63,944 nt of DNA, filler included, from Craspedostauros australis (GCA_030167865.1; 5 parts of 5 records of this genome joined end to end with filler, not necessarily neighbours in it); one strand, 5' to 3'. Shown: positions 10,894 to 23,502, counted from the first letter of the whole stretch. A program made the numbers and translations. The notes: generated by a model from the letters alone, not told the origin.

Positions 10894-12432
10894 ATGATGG
10901 CATACGTATCATCTTAGTGCGAGTGCGGGTGGATGCCGATGCGGCCATGATTACACATAGAATAGTTATATAGCCAGAGTCTACATGGAATATGCTCAGA
11001 GAATAGAAAGATCTGCGATTATGACATTTGCATGCGAGAGGGACAGATTACAACAACAGCAGCGATCTGCAAGGATAGCCCCCGTTGAACAGGTAGACCC
11101 CACTGTCCGTATCCATCCATCCATCTGCAGGCGCAGGTGGGTGTGAGCTCTATCACTATGAACACATTGAGAACCCTTCGGAGAGGATCAATCAAGGAGG
11201 CGAGCCTCCCTTCTCTTGGACCTCTGTTTCTCAGGATCTGGATCTGAACCTGAGGCCGTTGTTGACTCTTGGCAGGCTCTTGGTCGATCCTTGTCTCCGT
11301 TTCACAAATCACGGAGAGGCAGGAAGCCTTGATTGGGGAGGAGAGGTCCCAAATTGGAGTCTCTTCGCGACAGGAAGGATCATCGACAGAGCAGTCTCCA
11401 CCACACTAGTCCACGTAGCTCCGACGCACCTTCCTCCAACCCTTTCCGAGACAACTGCCATCAAAGAAGACCCAACCGCAGCCGTCACAGCCACAACATT
11501 GACACAGAAACTGTCACGACAGAACAAGAGCCGTTTGCACTTGCGCGCAAAGATGAGAATCAGCAGATTGGAGACATCACACAAAGGTACCGAAGTTGAC
11601 ACCGTCGTCCGTTTCCTCCTCTTTTTCCGCCACCGACCACGCTCTTCGATTGGCGTCTTCGCAAATGTCTTTAGGAAGGAATCGGGTCATTGCTTCTCCT
11701 CGCAGTGTGAGTGTTTGTGTGCGTTGGTGTGTTGGTGGCCAAAGTTGAGCAGCATTTTTGCCCCCACGGCTTTCTGGTCGTGTCGCTGTTGTGCGGCGAT
11801 GTGGCGGTTCCGGCCGTTACCCACACTGTCGTTTGGTTCCTCGCACACCGCTGCGCACTGCGCAATGTACTTTCGTTCGTCTGACGATTCGCAAAAGAAC
11901 GCGGGCGGAGTTTCGCACATCACCACGTGAATCTTCGCTGTTGGCCATTGGCCAATCAGATCACACCAATGCGCTGGAAATGAGAACAGCCAAGGTGCGA
12001 ACATGAAGACACAGCCAAAACAAGGACCTCGCAGCCAGGTGGCGCAGGCCACCACGATCACTGAAAACACAAACCCACAGCCACGGTGACAGACACGAGC
12101 AAAAACCGGGCCCACAATTTCCGCACCAACGCGACGTTCCGCAACGATCAGACTCACACAAAAGCGACGTCTTGACATCCCCAAAGCAAACAACAAAAGA
12201 GACCTCACACTCACGGGCTCACACAAGACCCAAAGACCAAGTAAAAGCAATAGCACAAGCAACAGCTGAAGCACACAAGCCAATCACCTCACAAAGAAGC
12301 ACAACCACAAGCATCGACATCAGCCACTGAAGTACGAACACTCACATCAACTCAAAGATCATAATCAGCAACTCCATCAACTCCATCAGCATCAGAATCA
12401 ATAGCAACAGTATCAACAACAGTATCAACACC

Positions 12433-13416
12433 ATGAACAGCAACAAGAACAAGAACGCAGTCATCCTTTCCGTGGCTGGCGTCGCATTGGCGTGTTCCAG
12501 CAGCGGAAGCACTTTCGTGGATGCCTTCGCTCCGTCTCCGACCGTCCGTCGGAATCAGCCAACGAGCCATCAGCGTTCGCTCTCATCCAACATGTCGCCG
12601 TTGCATTCCTTCGCGATCATGGACTCCGACGCGACCATGTCGGCCATCGACTCCTTCTTCCAGAGCCAACCGTACATGGCCGCCTTCCTGGCCTGCTCCT
12701 TCAAGGCTTCGGCCGCCGACATGGTGGCGCAGTCGCAGGAGGACAAGGCTGGTGAGGGTGCCGACTCCACTCTAACCATGACAACATCGGCAGCAGCACA
12801 GCAAGAGGAAGGCAGCTGGTTCGACAGAATACGAAATGAACCGGCCGCGGCTGCAGCCGCCGAAGAAGCCGAGGGCATGCTGACCTCCATGGCTGCCAAC
12901 ATCGGCAGCGCCGTCTCCAGCGTGGACTTCTCTCGCAACGTCGGCTTCGTGCTGCATGGCGGGCTCTACACGGGCATCTGGCAGAACTACCTCTACACCG
13001 TGCTGTATCCCTCCTGGTTCTCCATGGACGAAGGCTGGACGTTGGTCGTCAAGGAGGTCGCCATCGACAACGCCATCTTCGGACCCTTGCTGTGCCTTCC
13101 GTTGGCCTACGCTTGCAAGACGGCATGCATCTCGGGCGACTTCACAGCCCAATCCTTCCGCGAAGGTCTCGACAAGTACGTCGACGACATCATGCTGCGC
13201 GGCATCCTCACGAAGTACTGGATGATCTGGATTCCGGTGCAGTTCCTGACGTTCGGTGTTGTGCCACCGCACTTCCGATCGGTCTTTGTTGCTCTGTTCT
13301 CCTTCTTCTGGATCTGTCTGTTATCGGCCGTGTCCAGTTCGACGGACGAGGCAGACGCAACCAACTCGACGATAGCCAGCACCGTCGCCGAGGCCCGAGC
13401 CAATGCAGCATCCTAA
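12433..13416 (+). CDS. Mpv17/PMP22 family membrane protein, probably plastid-targeted
   Basis: KASAADMVAQ, DFSRNVGFVLHGG, KEVAIDNAIFGP, YWMIWIPVQFLTFGVVPPHFR..SFFW pattern; VDAFAP after a signal peptide. Confidence 0.85.
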   Translation: MNSNKNKNAVILSVAGVALACSSSGSTFVDAFAPSPTVRRNQPTSHQRSLSSNMSPLHSFAIMDSDATMSAIDSFFQSQPYMAAFLACSFKASAADMVAQSQEDKAGEGADSTLTMTTSAAAQQEEGSWFDRIRNEPAAAAAAEEAEGMLTSMAANIGSAVSSVDFSRNVGFVLHGGLYTGIWQNYLYTVLYPSWFSMDEGWTLVVKEVAIDNAIFGPLLCLPLAYACKTACISGDFTAQSFREGLDKYVDDIMLRGILTKYWMIWIPVQFLTFGVVPPHFRSVFVALFSFFWICLLSAVSSSTDEADATNSTIASTVAEARANAAS

Positions 13417-14178
13417 GTGCAACGCAACATCTGCGTTTTTTGCCTTTTGAAGGATGCGGTCTCTCCACAACACAAGGTGAATGGTGAGACGCAAGGAACG
13501 GGCCACCATCGCCCGGTGGCGACGATGCTGCGATACCATCATTCATTATTCAAAGTAAACCTTAGAGCCATCAGTTACCATGCAACTTCGTTCTTGACAC
13601 TACATTGTCCTCTGTACCGACCGATGCATGCCGTGCCTACCATAGCGCATGGGTGGTCATAGCGCACTCCTTCCAACCCAGCGTCGTACTCGTAGTCGGG
13701 GTGATTGAAGCTCGATCCGATCGGTTCCATCCACCATCCCATCAACCAAAGAAGCACAGGCATCGAGACGGAGACATGCCGTGCATGCTCGTACTCGTGG
13801 AAGCGCCAATACTCTTGCAGCACGATTGCCGATTGAAACACTCTTCACAAAGGTGCAGCAGCAACAGAAGAAGAACCTTCCGAACGCAGTTTCAATTCCA
13901 AAGGCGTACGCACTATTCTTCCACCGACGAAACGCCATCGGCACATCCCGAATGGAATGCGACCCGCACATCACCCATCCATCTCTTCATTTGTTCTTCT
14001 CCATGACCCAATGCCATGACCTTAGCTCGCACATCCATCAGCATGATCGAATTCGTCCACCGATTTGTTCTTGTTCGAATTCTCCGCAAGTGTTCCAAAC
14101 GATGCCAACTTCGACACCCAAAACGTGAACTTGTGGCACCCATGAACGTATAGACGGACAGACGAAGGTATCTTTCGG

Positions 14179-15537
14179 ATGCACCACAAACCGCTGCCGA
14201 ATCCTCACAACTTTTGCGGGATGATGGACAACGACAACACCAACACTGCTGCTATGAACCGACTGCCACCATGGTGGAAGGATGTGGTGGAATGGATCTG
14301 CACATCATCGTCTCGCGATGCCCACGTGTGCCCGCATCTCGCCTTTGAAGATCGCACGCTGCGCATCACGCGCGATATGGACAAGGATGCCGTGATCTTT
14401 TGCATTCCACGCGATCGTATTTTGGGTGCCACCGATGATGTGCAGTTGGCCTTGTTGCTGAGTACGACGACGTCGCCGTACATGCGGACCTTGCCAACCG
14501 AATCGAATCTGCCGCATCAATGGACCCAATTGCAACAGCTGTTGGGCGGCACGACGTTGTTGCGGCGCGTGCGGCAGCAGCAGGCGGATTTGGCGCAATA
14601 TGCGCATCGGCAGACCTTCCTGACGATGTTCAGCATGGTGACATCGCGCGCGTTCGTTCTGGAACACGACGAGATCGGCTGCGTGCCGTTGCTGGATCTG
14701 TGCAATCATCAGCGCGATGGTCTGCAGAATCTGAATTACAGCTACCAGGATGGCAAGATGCAAGTCAAGGCACGTCGCGCGCTGCGAGCCAACGAGCCAT
14801 TGATTCTGACGTACGGTGCCAAGGGCAACCACGTGCTGTTGTTCAATTACGGATTCTGCATCCCACCTGAGGACAATATCGAGCCGGATGGATCCTCCAA
14901 CGATGTCCTCGAATGGAACGGTGCCAACTTGCGAACAGGTGATAAATCTTACAGCTATGGTCCGTTCGCGCGGTGTGTGGAGTATTACATGGAGAGCGGT
15001 GCGAGTGGCGGGGGCGGCGGGAGCGCGAAGGAAGCCGATGATATGGAAGCCTTCTTGAACGAGTGCGATGAAGACGAAGAAGGTGGCGGCATGTACGGCA
15101 ATGATGAAGACGACGACGATGACATGCTGTACTTCGATGCCGGGACCAAACAACAGCATCAAGATGACGGAGATGGCGATGGAGCGACTATGGTGGAAGA
15201 CGAATTGAAGGCGTTGGAAGCCTGGGAGAGTGCTATTGCTGCATCGTTGCCGAAGTATTCCATGCCCGTGGATAAGATTGAGAAGCAAATGGAGAAGAAA
15301 GATGGAAGCGCCGAGTATTTCGCGTGCTTGTTGCAACTGTCGGAACGTCGGATTCTCTACTTTTATCGACGGTGCATCGCGAAGGCGCAGCAACGATTGA
15401 AACGCATGTCGAAAGTGACCAAGACGAATGATCCGGTGGTCAATGTGTTATCCGTTGGCGATGTGGAACGATTGGAGGGGCAGAGCGAGGATCTCGTCCA
15501 GGCGTACATGAAGATTCGGCATGGTAGTATCGACTGA
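14179..15537 (+). CDS. SET-domain (Rubisco-LSMT/SETD3-like) protein methyltransferase
   Basis: VTSRAF, VPLLDLCNH and LTYGAKGNHVLLFNYGF motifs. Confidence 0.85.
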   Translation: MHHKPLPNPHNFCGMMDNDNTNTAAMNRLPPWWKDVVEWICTSSSRDAHVCPHLAFEDRTLRITRDMDKDAVIFCIPRDRILGATDDVQLALLLSTTTSPYMRTLPTESNLPHQWTQLQQLLGGTTLLRRVRQQQADLAQYAHRQTFLTMFSMVTSRAFVLEHDEIGCVPLLDLCNHQRDGLQNLNYSYQDGKMQVKARRALRANEPLILTYGAKGNHVLLFNYGFCIPPEDNIEPDGSSNDVLEWNGANLRTGDKSYSYGPFARCVEYYMESGASGGGGGSAKEADDMEAFLNECDEDEEGGGMYGNDEDDDDDMLYFDAGTKQQHQDDGDGDGATMVEDELKALEAWESAIAASLPKYSMPVDKIEKQMEKKDGSAEYFACLLQLSERRILYFYRRCIAKAQQRLKRMSKVTKTNDPVVNVLSVGDVERLEGQSEDLVQAYMKIRHGSID

Positions 15538-15725
15538 TGGGCACTCGTTGCAATGCGAGTGCTACATGACGTATTTGTACGCACACCTGCTGCACCAACG
15601 ATGTGGTAGTGGAAAAGTGGTCTCTCTATGACTCGTTATTGGAATGAGAGAGGAAGTGTGTGTGTGTTAAAATGATAGGCGTTCGCCCTGTTGCAGTTAT
15701 TGCGTCTCGTTCGCGTTCGTGCTGT

Positions 15726-16991
15726 TTAGAACAGAAGAGACACGACAGCAACACCCATGGAGACGATGGCAGCAGCAGTGGTGGCCATGCTGGCGGCGGA
15801 ATCGTTGTCAGTAACGACCTCCTTGAAACCAACTGGGCAAATGCGCTCGACCTTGCGTCCGTTCAATGGCTGAACTGGACGGCTCGTGCTGCCGACGGGT
15901 CCGGCGTTGGTGCCAAGCTTGCAGTCCTTGTTTGGATCGCTGTAGAACAGGATCTGATTCAGCAGACGGTTGTACTGCATTGGCGAGATGGCAACGGGCT
16001 TGTCGGCCAAGTTCCACCACACGACTTCGGAGCATGGTGGCGTTGTGAGTCCGCCATCGTAGTGGTAGTACGTGGCGTTGGCCGGAATGAGATTGTACGG
16101 GCTGAAGGCGGCTGGTTCCGCCTGCAAGTCACGTTCGGTCAACGCACGTCCGGCACCGCTCGTGGCGATGGATTCCGGCGCGGCGTCATCACCGCACCAG
16201 CGCACGTTGCTATCGAAGGTGGATTGCCATCCATCGAGGAGCTGCTGGAAGACGTCATTCTCGGCGTCGCTGCTGGGCTGGATCATCATGCCGACGACGG
16301 CGAAGCGGTTGCCGTCGATCTCCTTGTGCACGGTGTGCAACTCGGCGCTGTAGAATTCTCCGTCAATGGTGTGCTCCGACGAGGTGTGGATGTGGAACTG
16401 CAGTGCCTGGTACTTGCCGGCGATGCCTGGGATGTCGACGGTTGGCAAGGAGCACGAGGCATCGCCTGGGAAGGACGCCTTGACGCCGGTGTCGGTGAGG
16501 TCGAACTTCATGTCGCGGACGAGGCATGTTCCGGTCTATAAAAGTCATTATTTCATTGAGTCGGTGTGGAGTAGAGCATTGTTGCGGCATTGGCGTTGTG
16601 GCAATGAGCGAGTTGGAATGGGTGAGAAAATGAGGATAGATGAGCACAGTGGAGTACCACGTCAGTACTTGCATGATCATGATGGCCATCATTCGAGATG
16701 CCATGGTCAACCCAATGACAGCCCAACTCCAACTCCAACTCCAACCAATCAGTTCCAACTTACGGAGAAGGTGTAATCCTCGAATCGGTCGCAGGAAGAA
16801 GTCTGAACAGCGATCGGACTGTTCTTCTGTCCAGCGCACTGGTTGTTGTCAATTGGCAGCTTGTGCCAGTTGTGTGGACCGTTGATGGCCTTTGGATCGT
16901 AAGAGAATGGAGCGCTTGTGGCTGCGGAGGCGCTGGATGTCAGGCTGGCGGCAGCGACGACACCCACGACGGTGGAGGCAAACATTTTCAT
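15726..16991 (-). CDS. Secreted alpha-carbonic anhydrase with probable GPI/TM anchor; exons 16991-16764 and 16535-15726
   Basis: Signal peptide; GPHNW, NSPI, QFHIHTSSEH and ELHTVH (three Zn-binding His), GGLTTPPCSE, RPVQPLNGR; phase-0 GT-AG intron; hydrophobic C-terminus. Confidence 0.92.
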
Positions 16992-17557
16992 CTTTTCTGT
17001 TGTTGTTGTTGCTGTTCTTCACGAGGAGACCTTGGTTGTGGATTGATTTTATGAGGAGTCGGACAACTGTTTTGCTTGTTTCCGCTGTTGTTTCCGTCAC
17101 TGTTGTTGTTGCATGCTTCACGCAAACCGCATTTCTTCTTTCTTTCGGAAACATGACAAGGATCTGCACACGTCACAACGTGCAAACGCTGACGAACGAA
17201 ACCAGGAAATCCTTCAACGGTGAGGTCAACAAGAGGGCCACGTCATAACGTCTTTCAACGCTTGTCTCAACCATGACGTCTGTGCGTTGTACGTAGGAAA
17301 TGATGTTGTGTCACCAACGAAAATCCCATTCCGCCAAATGATGCCGATCATGTGATGGTTGATGTTCTTCGCAAACGACGATACTTGATGTGTTGATGTG
17401 TCGATGGCTTTCCTCTTTCCGATCTCATTCCTTGTCATCCAAAGAACACGCACGCACACACACGCACACATACCAACCATTAACCGCCATCTTGATCGCC
17501 ATCTCTAGCAATACACTGGCAATCATCATCATCTTCCTCGCACACTCGTAATACATA

Positions 17558-18649
17558 ATGTCTCCGCCTTGCTTCTCCAATCGCACCCCGAGGCTGCGCT
17601 GCATGCTCCTGGTCATGGCGTGCCTCGTCCATCCTTCGCAGGAGCTCGCCTCCGTCCGAAGACCCAAAGGCAAGGGCCTCGCGAAGAAATCCTACATCAT
17701 CTCAGAGCAGCTGCGCCTCCTGGCAGAGTACGAGGCCAACGGCACGGCGACCTACGATCGGTCCACTAACGAGCAATCTGATGATGGCAGGCCCAACATG
17801 AACAGCAAACGCCGACGAGCCTTGCGGCGCAAGGGCCACACGCCGCGTCCGCGTCCATCCAAAAAGAAGGCGGTGCAGCAGTCCATCTACAGCGACGAGA
17901 TCCAGGACATCGTCATCCAATCCTCCACGAGCGTCGACGTCACATTGCACAACGGCACCACGATCGCCTTCCAACCGCAGCAACTGCACCAAAAGTACAA
18001 CGAAGACGTGTGGCTCGCCATCCGCGCGCGCCTCGACGTCACGGCCTCCGAATTCAGCGCCGTCCTCGACAAGAGCTTCTTCACATCGCGGCAGAGCCTG
18101 CTCGAAACCAAATTGGGTCTGCGGCCACGCTTCAAGGGCAACACGGCCTGCACGTGGGGTCTCAACGTCGAGCCCATCGCGCTGCGGCAGTATGTCGAGG
18201 CCACCCAGCATCCTGTCAATGAGACGGGCCTGCACATCCTTGGCAACTACGGCGCCTCGCCCGATGGCATCGTCTACGATCCCAAGATCCAGCAGACCGG
18301 GCTGCTCGAGATCAAGTCCATGTACGGCAAGCGCAACAAGCAGAAATTGAAGCAGTACGATATCTGTCCCAGCCGTTATTACGATCAGATTCAGGGGCAG
18401 ATGCAGATCTGCGACAAGCCGTGGTGCGATCTCATTATGTGGATTCCCAAGAACAGCAAGGAGAAGAATTACAGCATCCTGCGCGTGGCGCGCAATCAGA
18501 CGTATTGGGATACGATCTTGGAGCCGGCCTTGCAGAGCTTTTGTGAGGAACTGGAGACGATGAAGTCGCAGCAACAGCAACAAGAGAAGGAGGAAGGTGC
18601 AGTGGCAGTGGCAGCGGAACTGGCGGGCGCTCAGCAGAGCAAGGTCTAG
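17558..18649 (+). CDS. YqaJ/lambda-exonuclease family PD-(D/E)xK nuclease with N-terminal extension
   Basis: W..R...VTASEF, WGLNVEP, ETGLHI, GASPDG, LLEIKS and YYDQIQGQM..C...CD motifs. Confidence 0.88.
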   Translation: MSPPCFSNRTPRLRCMLLVMACLVHPSQELASVRRPKGKGLAKKSYIISEQLRLLAEYEANGTATYDRSTNEQSDDGRPNMNSKRRRALRRKGHTPRPRPSKKKAVQQSIYSDEIQDIVIQSSTSVDVTLHNGTTIAFQPQQLHQKYNEDVWLAIRARLDVTASEFSAVLDKSFFTSRQSLLETKLGLRPRFKGNTACTWGLNVEPIALRQYVEATQHPVNETGLHILGNYGASPDGIVYDPKIQQTGLLEIKSMYGKRNKQKLKQYDICPSRYYDQIQGQMQICDKPWCDLIMWIPKNSKEKNYSILRVARNQTYWDTILEPALQSFCEELETMKSQQQQQEKEEGAVAVAAELAGAQQSKV

Positions 18650-18745
18650 CAATCAATCCTAAGATATATAATATAATATATTATTACGTGAAACAGAGAA
18701 ACTCCGATATCACTCCACTCAATGAAGTTGTTCCAGACTCCCATC

Positions 18746-19958
18746 TCATTTCTTCTCCAAACCACCGTTCTCGATGACTTGCTCCAACATCTCATACAGG
18801 GTCTCATCCATTGGACGGTACTCGATTCCCAACGCCTCCTTCGATTTCGTGTTGTCGTAGTTCGTTTTCACGTCAACGTTCTTCATCACAAATCGACGCT
18901 TGATCGCGGAGTGGATGAGTGGCCCGATCAGGTACAGCATGGCCTTTGGCACTGCTTTTGTGGGGATCGGATACTGCGGATACTTCTTGCGAAGGGTCTG
19001 TGGAGACGGAGAGAGAGAGAGACGCGGAAGACGTGAGTGATGGGTCAGAATGCGCAGGTGTCAAGCAAGAGGTACACAGCATGCGAACGTTTGATTGATT
19101 AGACACAGCATCGGGAATCAACACGAATGGACGTACTTCTGCGACTTCCATGAAGCTGGTGTTTGCAGCGCTCAGGATATGCCGGCCGACCACATCCTCC
19201 TTGTACGCAGCAACGATGTGAGCCTTTGCCACATCGTCGACACTGACGAATCCCAGCCCGATATTGGGCGCACCAGACGCATACTCTCCACCACACATTG
19301 AGACCATGAATTTGAACGACTCGCTGCTCGCATGGTACTTCACTCCCGGCCCCAGGACGAAAGATGGGTGGATGGTGGCCAGAGTCCACTGATTCTGAGA
19401 ACCGGCGAGTCGCCACGCTGCCATCTCCGCCAAAGTCTTGCCGAAGTGGTATGGTTGGTAGTCGAGGCTCGCAGTCATGTTGATGATGTCTTCCGTTAGG
19501 ATGCCGTTCGGGGCGTTGTCCTTCTCACTTGCATCGGTGCACATGGTTGCAACGGAACTGGTCAACACCACGCGGCGCACGGATGGCGTCTTCGTTGCCG
19601 TGCTGAGCACGTTCTTGGTTCCATTCACCGCTGGATCGACCAGTTCCTTCTGCGGATCCTTCGCTTCGAAAACAACCGGTGAAGCTGTGTGGAAGACGAC
19701 GGAACATCCCTTCATGCCTTCAGCGAACGATCCGTCTTCCAACAAATCACCATGGAAGAACTTGAGAGATCCTGAAGACTTGTCCGCTACATCGACGAGA
19801 TACTGGAGACGTTCGGTGTTGGATGGATCGCGAACGGTGCCGTGAACCGTAACGCCTGCATCAAGAAGTTGCTTGATGAGCACACCGGCGATGTACCCTG
19901 TTGCGCCGGTGACCAGGACGGGCGAAGATGTGTCGATTTTCCAATCGGTTGAGGACAT
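18746..19958 (-). CDS. NAD(P)-dependent epimerase/dehydratase (DFR/CCR-like extended SDR); exons 19958-19137 and 18997-18746
   Basis: VLVTGATGYIA, VFHTASP, PAVNGT, LTSS, catalytic YHFGK, HPSFVLGP; an in-frame GT-AG intron joins the two ORFs. Confidence 0.9.
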
Positions 19959-20312
19959 GATTGTTGGTTTCTCGGATGGTTGTTGAAAAATTATGAAATC
20001 GTGGCATCAGGAAGGAAACATGGAGTGTCAGGGCAACGGGGAAGAGAACATCAGCAGATCACCAGCAGACGAATGCGACCTACTTACGACCAACGCGAGA
20101 CCCATCGCGATGACCTTCGCTTGCGACAAGCTGCAAATCGCAATAAATGTCCCCACGATGACACTTGTTGCAGGGTTATAGCCCCTGTTCCGCACAGTCG
20201 AATATTTTGGAGGAAACGTCCATTTTGACTAATACGATTAAAGGGAAACTGCGAAGAGTGTCCCTCTTTCGAACATGAAAAGTCTGATGTTGGAACTGGT
20301 ATCTTCGATCGA

Positions 20313-21731
20313 TTGCGGCGGTTCCATGATGGCGAAGGACATTGCGTGGTGCCGCTGGATTACGATCTGGACCCCAGCCTGGGCATCTGGGTGTCGAATC
20401 AGCGCAAGCTGAACCGAAAGAACAAGCTCAGCGATCGGCGCAAGGCCAAGCTCAACAGCATCAACTTCGTTTGGGCGGTCAAGGCGAGCGCCATCCGCAA
20501 GAAGCCGCTGGACATGAGCACGCATGACAGGAAATGGCACAGGATGTACCAGCAGCTGAAGGACTACAAGGCGCAGCATGGTACATGCAACGTGCGCTTC
20601 AACGACAAGAATCACAAATCATTGCCGCTGTGGGTCACGACGCAGCGACGCAAGAAGACTTGGTTTCACACGCAGCCGATCATTCGGGATGATCGCAAGA
20701 AGCTTCTGAATGAGATTGGGTTCGATTGGGGCAACGGCGTTCCAAGATCATCTTCTCCTCGGCAGAGGAGGCTGCACGATGAAGGCGCTGGCGAGGACGC
20801 TGATGGTGGGAACAATGAATCGGTCGATGCCGTCGCTGGCGGTGTGAGCAGCATGAATACAAATGCCGCCGCAGCTGTGGATGCAGATGCTGCCGACGAA
20901 AGCGTGGAGGTTGGGGACCACCCGCGCAAANNNNNNNNNNNNNNNNNNNNNNNNNNNNNNNNNNNNNNNNNNNNNNNNNNGAACCGAAAGAACAAGCTCA
21001 GCGATCGGCGCAAGGCCAAGCTCAACAGCATCAACTTCGTTTGGGCGGTCAAGGCGAGCGCCATCCGCAAGAAGCCGCTGGACATGAGCACGCATGACAG
21101 GAAATGGCACAGGATGTACCAGCAGCTGAAGGACTACAAGGCGCAGCACGGTACATGCAACGTGCGCTTCAACGACAAGAAGCACAAATCGTTGGCGCTG
21201 TGGGTCACGACGCAGCGACGCAAGAAGACTTGGTTTCACACGCAGNNNNNNNNNNNNNNNNNNNNNNNNNNNNNNNNNNNNNNNNNNNNNNNNNNNNNNN
21301 NNNNNNNNNNNNNNNNATCATCTTCTCCTCGGCAGAGGAGGCTGCACGATGAAGGCGCTGGCGAGGACGCTGATGGTGGGAACAATGAATCGGTCGATGC
21401 CGTCGCTGGCGGTGTGAGCAGCATGAGCACAAATGCCGCCACAGCTGTAGATGCAGATGTTGTCAACGACAGCGTGGAGGCAGGGGACCACCCGCGCAAA
21501 CGCTCCGCGCAGGATGACGGCGCGAACAGGCGACCGAGCATGAAAAGGTCGAAAAAGAAGAAGAAGGAGCGCAAGAGACCAGCAACGTCGCCAACGAAGT
21601 CGGCAGCCAAGGCAGCTCGTTCAGGCACGGTCACGCGCGCAGACATTTATGCTGGCACTCCATTCGAACAAGGCATCGCGTTAGCCATCCCGACCGAGAT
21701 GGAGACAAGCATCGAAGAGGGGGATATATGA
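20313..21731 (+). CDS. Helicase-associated (HA) repeat protein; no in-frame ATG near the 5' end, internal duplication across N gaps
   Basis: HA motifs GHCVVP..LGIWVSNQRKL..LNSINFVW and KWHRMYQQLKDYK..GTCNV..WVTTQRR..LNEIGFDW. About 20411-20930 is repeated near-identically at 20981-21500. Confidence 0.7.
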   Translation: MRRFHDGEGHCVVPLDYDLDPSLGIWVSNQRKLNRKNKLSDRRKAKLNSINFVWAVKASAIRKKPLDMSTHDRKWHRMYQQLKDYKAQHGTCNVRFNDKNHKSLPLWVTTQRRKKTWFHTQPIIRDDRKKLLNEIGFDWGNGVPRSSSPRQRRLHDEGAGEDADGGNNESVDAVAGGVSSMNTNAAAAVDADAADESVEVGDHPRKXXXXXXXXXXXXXXXXXNRKNKLSDRRKAKLNSINFVWAVKASAIRKKPLDMSTHDRKWHRMYQQLKDYKAQHGTCNVRFNDKKHKSLALWVTTQRRKKTWFHTQXXXXXXXXXXXXXXXXXXXXXXXXSSSPRQRRLHDEGAGEDADGGNNESVDAVAGGVSSMSTNAATAVDADVVNDSVEAGDHPRKRSAQDDGANRRPSMKRSKKKKKERKRPATSPTKSAAKAARSGTVTRADIYAGTPFEQGIALAIPTEMETSIEEGDI

Positions 21732-21995
21732 GGCTGCAGCCTGCTGAGGCGACACCTGAATGACAGAGGAACATCATCAAGGAGAGCGCAAGTGGCAGGG
21801 TTCGAGCATTCAATTCACAGCAGGTTGAGAATACCATTGAGAATACCATAGAGAGAGAGAGAGCAGTCCGCGAGCGTGCTGGTACAATTATGCTTCCAGT
21901 TACAATCGCAACCAGGTCTACAAAAGGATAAACACAACAACTACGCAGGCACGTCGTTTGGAGACAACTTTCGCATGCTGCCTTCCACAACCACC

Positions 21996-23502
21996 ATGGC
22001 GAGAAACGAAGACGAGAATGCTGGGAGCATCGGCAACACCAACACCAACGCCAACAGCAGTGCCAACGCCAACAGCAGTGCCAGCAACGACCGCAGCATG
22101 CGAACGACCACAGGTTTTGGAATCCTTCCCTCGTCTTTGCTATCAAGTTCCGCCGCAACAGATCACAGCACATCATCACAAAGGGCGCCGACCAGTCGAG
22201 CCACGAACATGGCAACTGACACAAGTGGCAGCATTGTGGATGAAGGCTATCTGGAGGCCGCCATCCTCTCCGTCTACGATCTTACAACGAGTCGTCAGCC
22301 CATTGCGGTGATCATGAACATTGGCAACGTGACTGTTTCCACAGGGCCTCTGCTTGCCAAGCACGAGGATCGCAACTCCTCGCGGTTCAGCCCTGGCAAT
22401 TCATCCGCGCCAGCATCGGCAGCTGTATCATCCAACATGCGCACTTCATCAACGGATAGCGAGAACAACGTCAATACGAAAAGCCCTTTCCGCAGCTGCG
22501 CAGATCGACCGCGACGATCTGCGTGATCCATGATGACCCAGATCTCAATCTGGAAACGAAGCTCTCGCTCAACGATTTGCGCATTCACTAAACATCCTGG
22601 CAGATTCTCAATTTCATCCAATCGCCATCGCCATCACCACCTGAAGCAGCAGTAGCAGCAACAACAGCAACAACTCGAAGGATGCCGAATGCTGCAGACA
22701 ATCTGCAACTACTCCTACGGCGGCAGCATTGGCCGCGGCAAGATACTTCGCTTCATCGGTTGGCGATGGCGTCAGCGACAATCCATCACCGACCATTCGA
22801 GTCAAGGTTCATCTGGATGCCCCGTACCGACCCGAAATCGCAGCGTTCATCGCCATCGCACAATGGTGGTTCCATCTCATCGATCCATCCGATGATTGGA
22901 TACGGGACGCTGCATCCAAGATACGCCTACCGACATCCTCCAACATGATTCTCCTGCCATTGGTTCCGCTCATCACGGTCATCGTGGTGGCGTCGCCCAT
23001 CATGATGGGCACGCTCCTCGTTTTCATGCCCGTCACGTTGTCGTTCTTCATCATCGCGACCCCCTCAATCGTCGCGTCCGGCCTCGCGATGTATTCCAGC
23101 ACACGGCATGGACGCGAACGTATTGGCGGCACGGTGTTCATACCCTTCGCCGATTCGTTGCTGTTGTCATCCAAGGCAGCGCAGCAACTGATCTATCAAA
23201 CTGGACCGCGCCCAACACCCATCAGCCTCGTGCGGCACGTTCTGTCGACCGATCCCAACTCCCTGTGGGTGTCGTTGGCGATAGGCTTCGTGGATTCATC
23301 GTCGTACCTGTTGCCGGTCGTCGGCAAACTGTGCGATGTGATATGCACGCCGATCCAATCCATACCAGTGATGGCCATGTACGACTCCGTCCACTCCAGC
23401 TTGAAGTACGTGAGCCTCGTGGAGGAGCTGATGCCGTTCACAGATATCGTGCCAACGGCGACAATTGGATGGACCAGGGAGCACTACCGTGTTCATTCGT
23501 AG
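21996..23502 (+). pseudogene. Disrupted gene for a membrane protein (C2-like N-terminal part, TM helices, C-terminal ..EELMPFTDIVPTATIGW)
   Basis: Protein-like segments lie in three successive frames: YLEAAILSVYDL.., then IHDDPDLNLETKLSLNDLRIH*TSWQILN with TAA at 22589-22591, then PTIRVKVHL... Confidence 0.55.

Noticed and set aside
11080..11601. Possible solo LTR, or RNase H relic (minus-strand WVFFDGSC)
   Set aside because: No clear TG..CA ends with target duplication, and the frame stops shortly after the motif.
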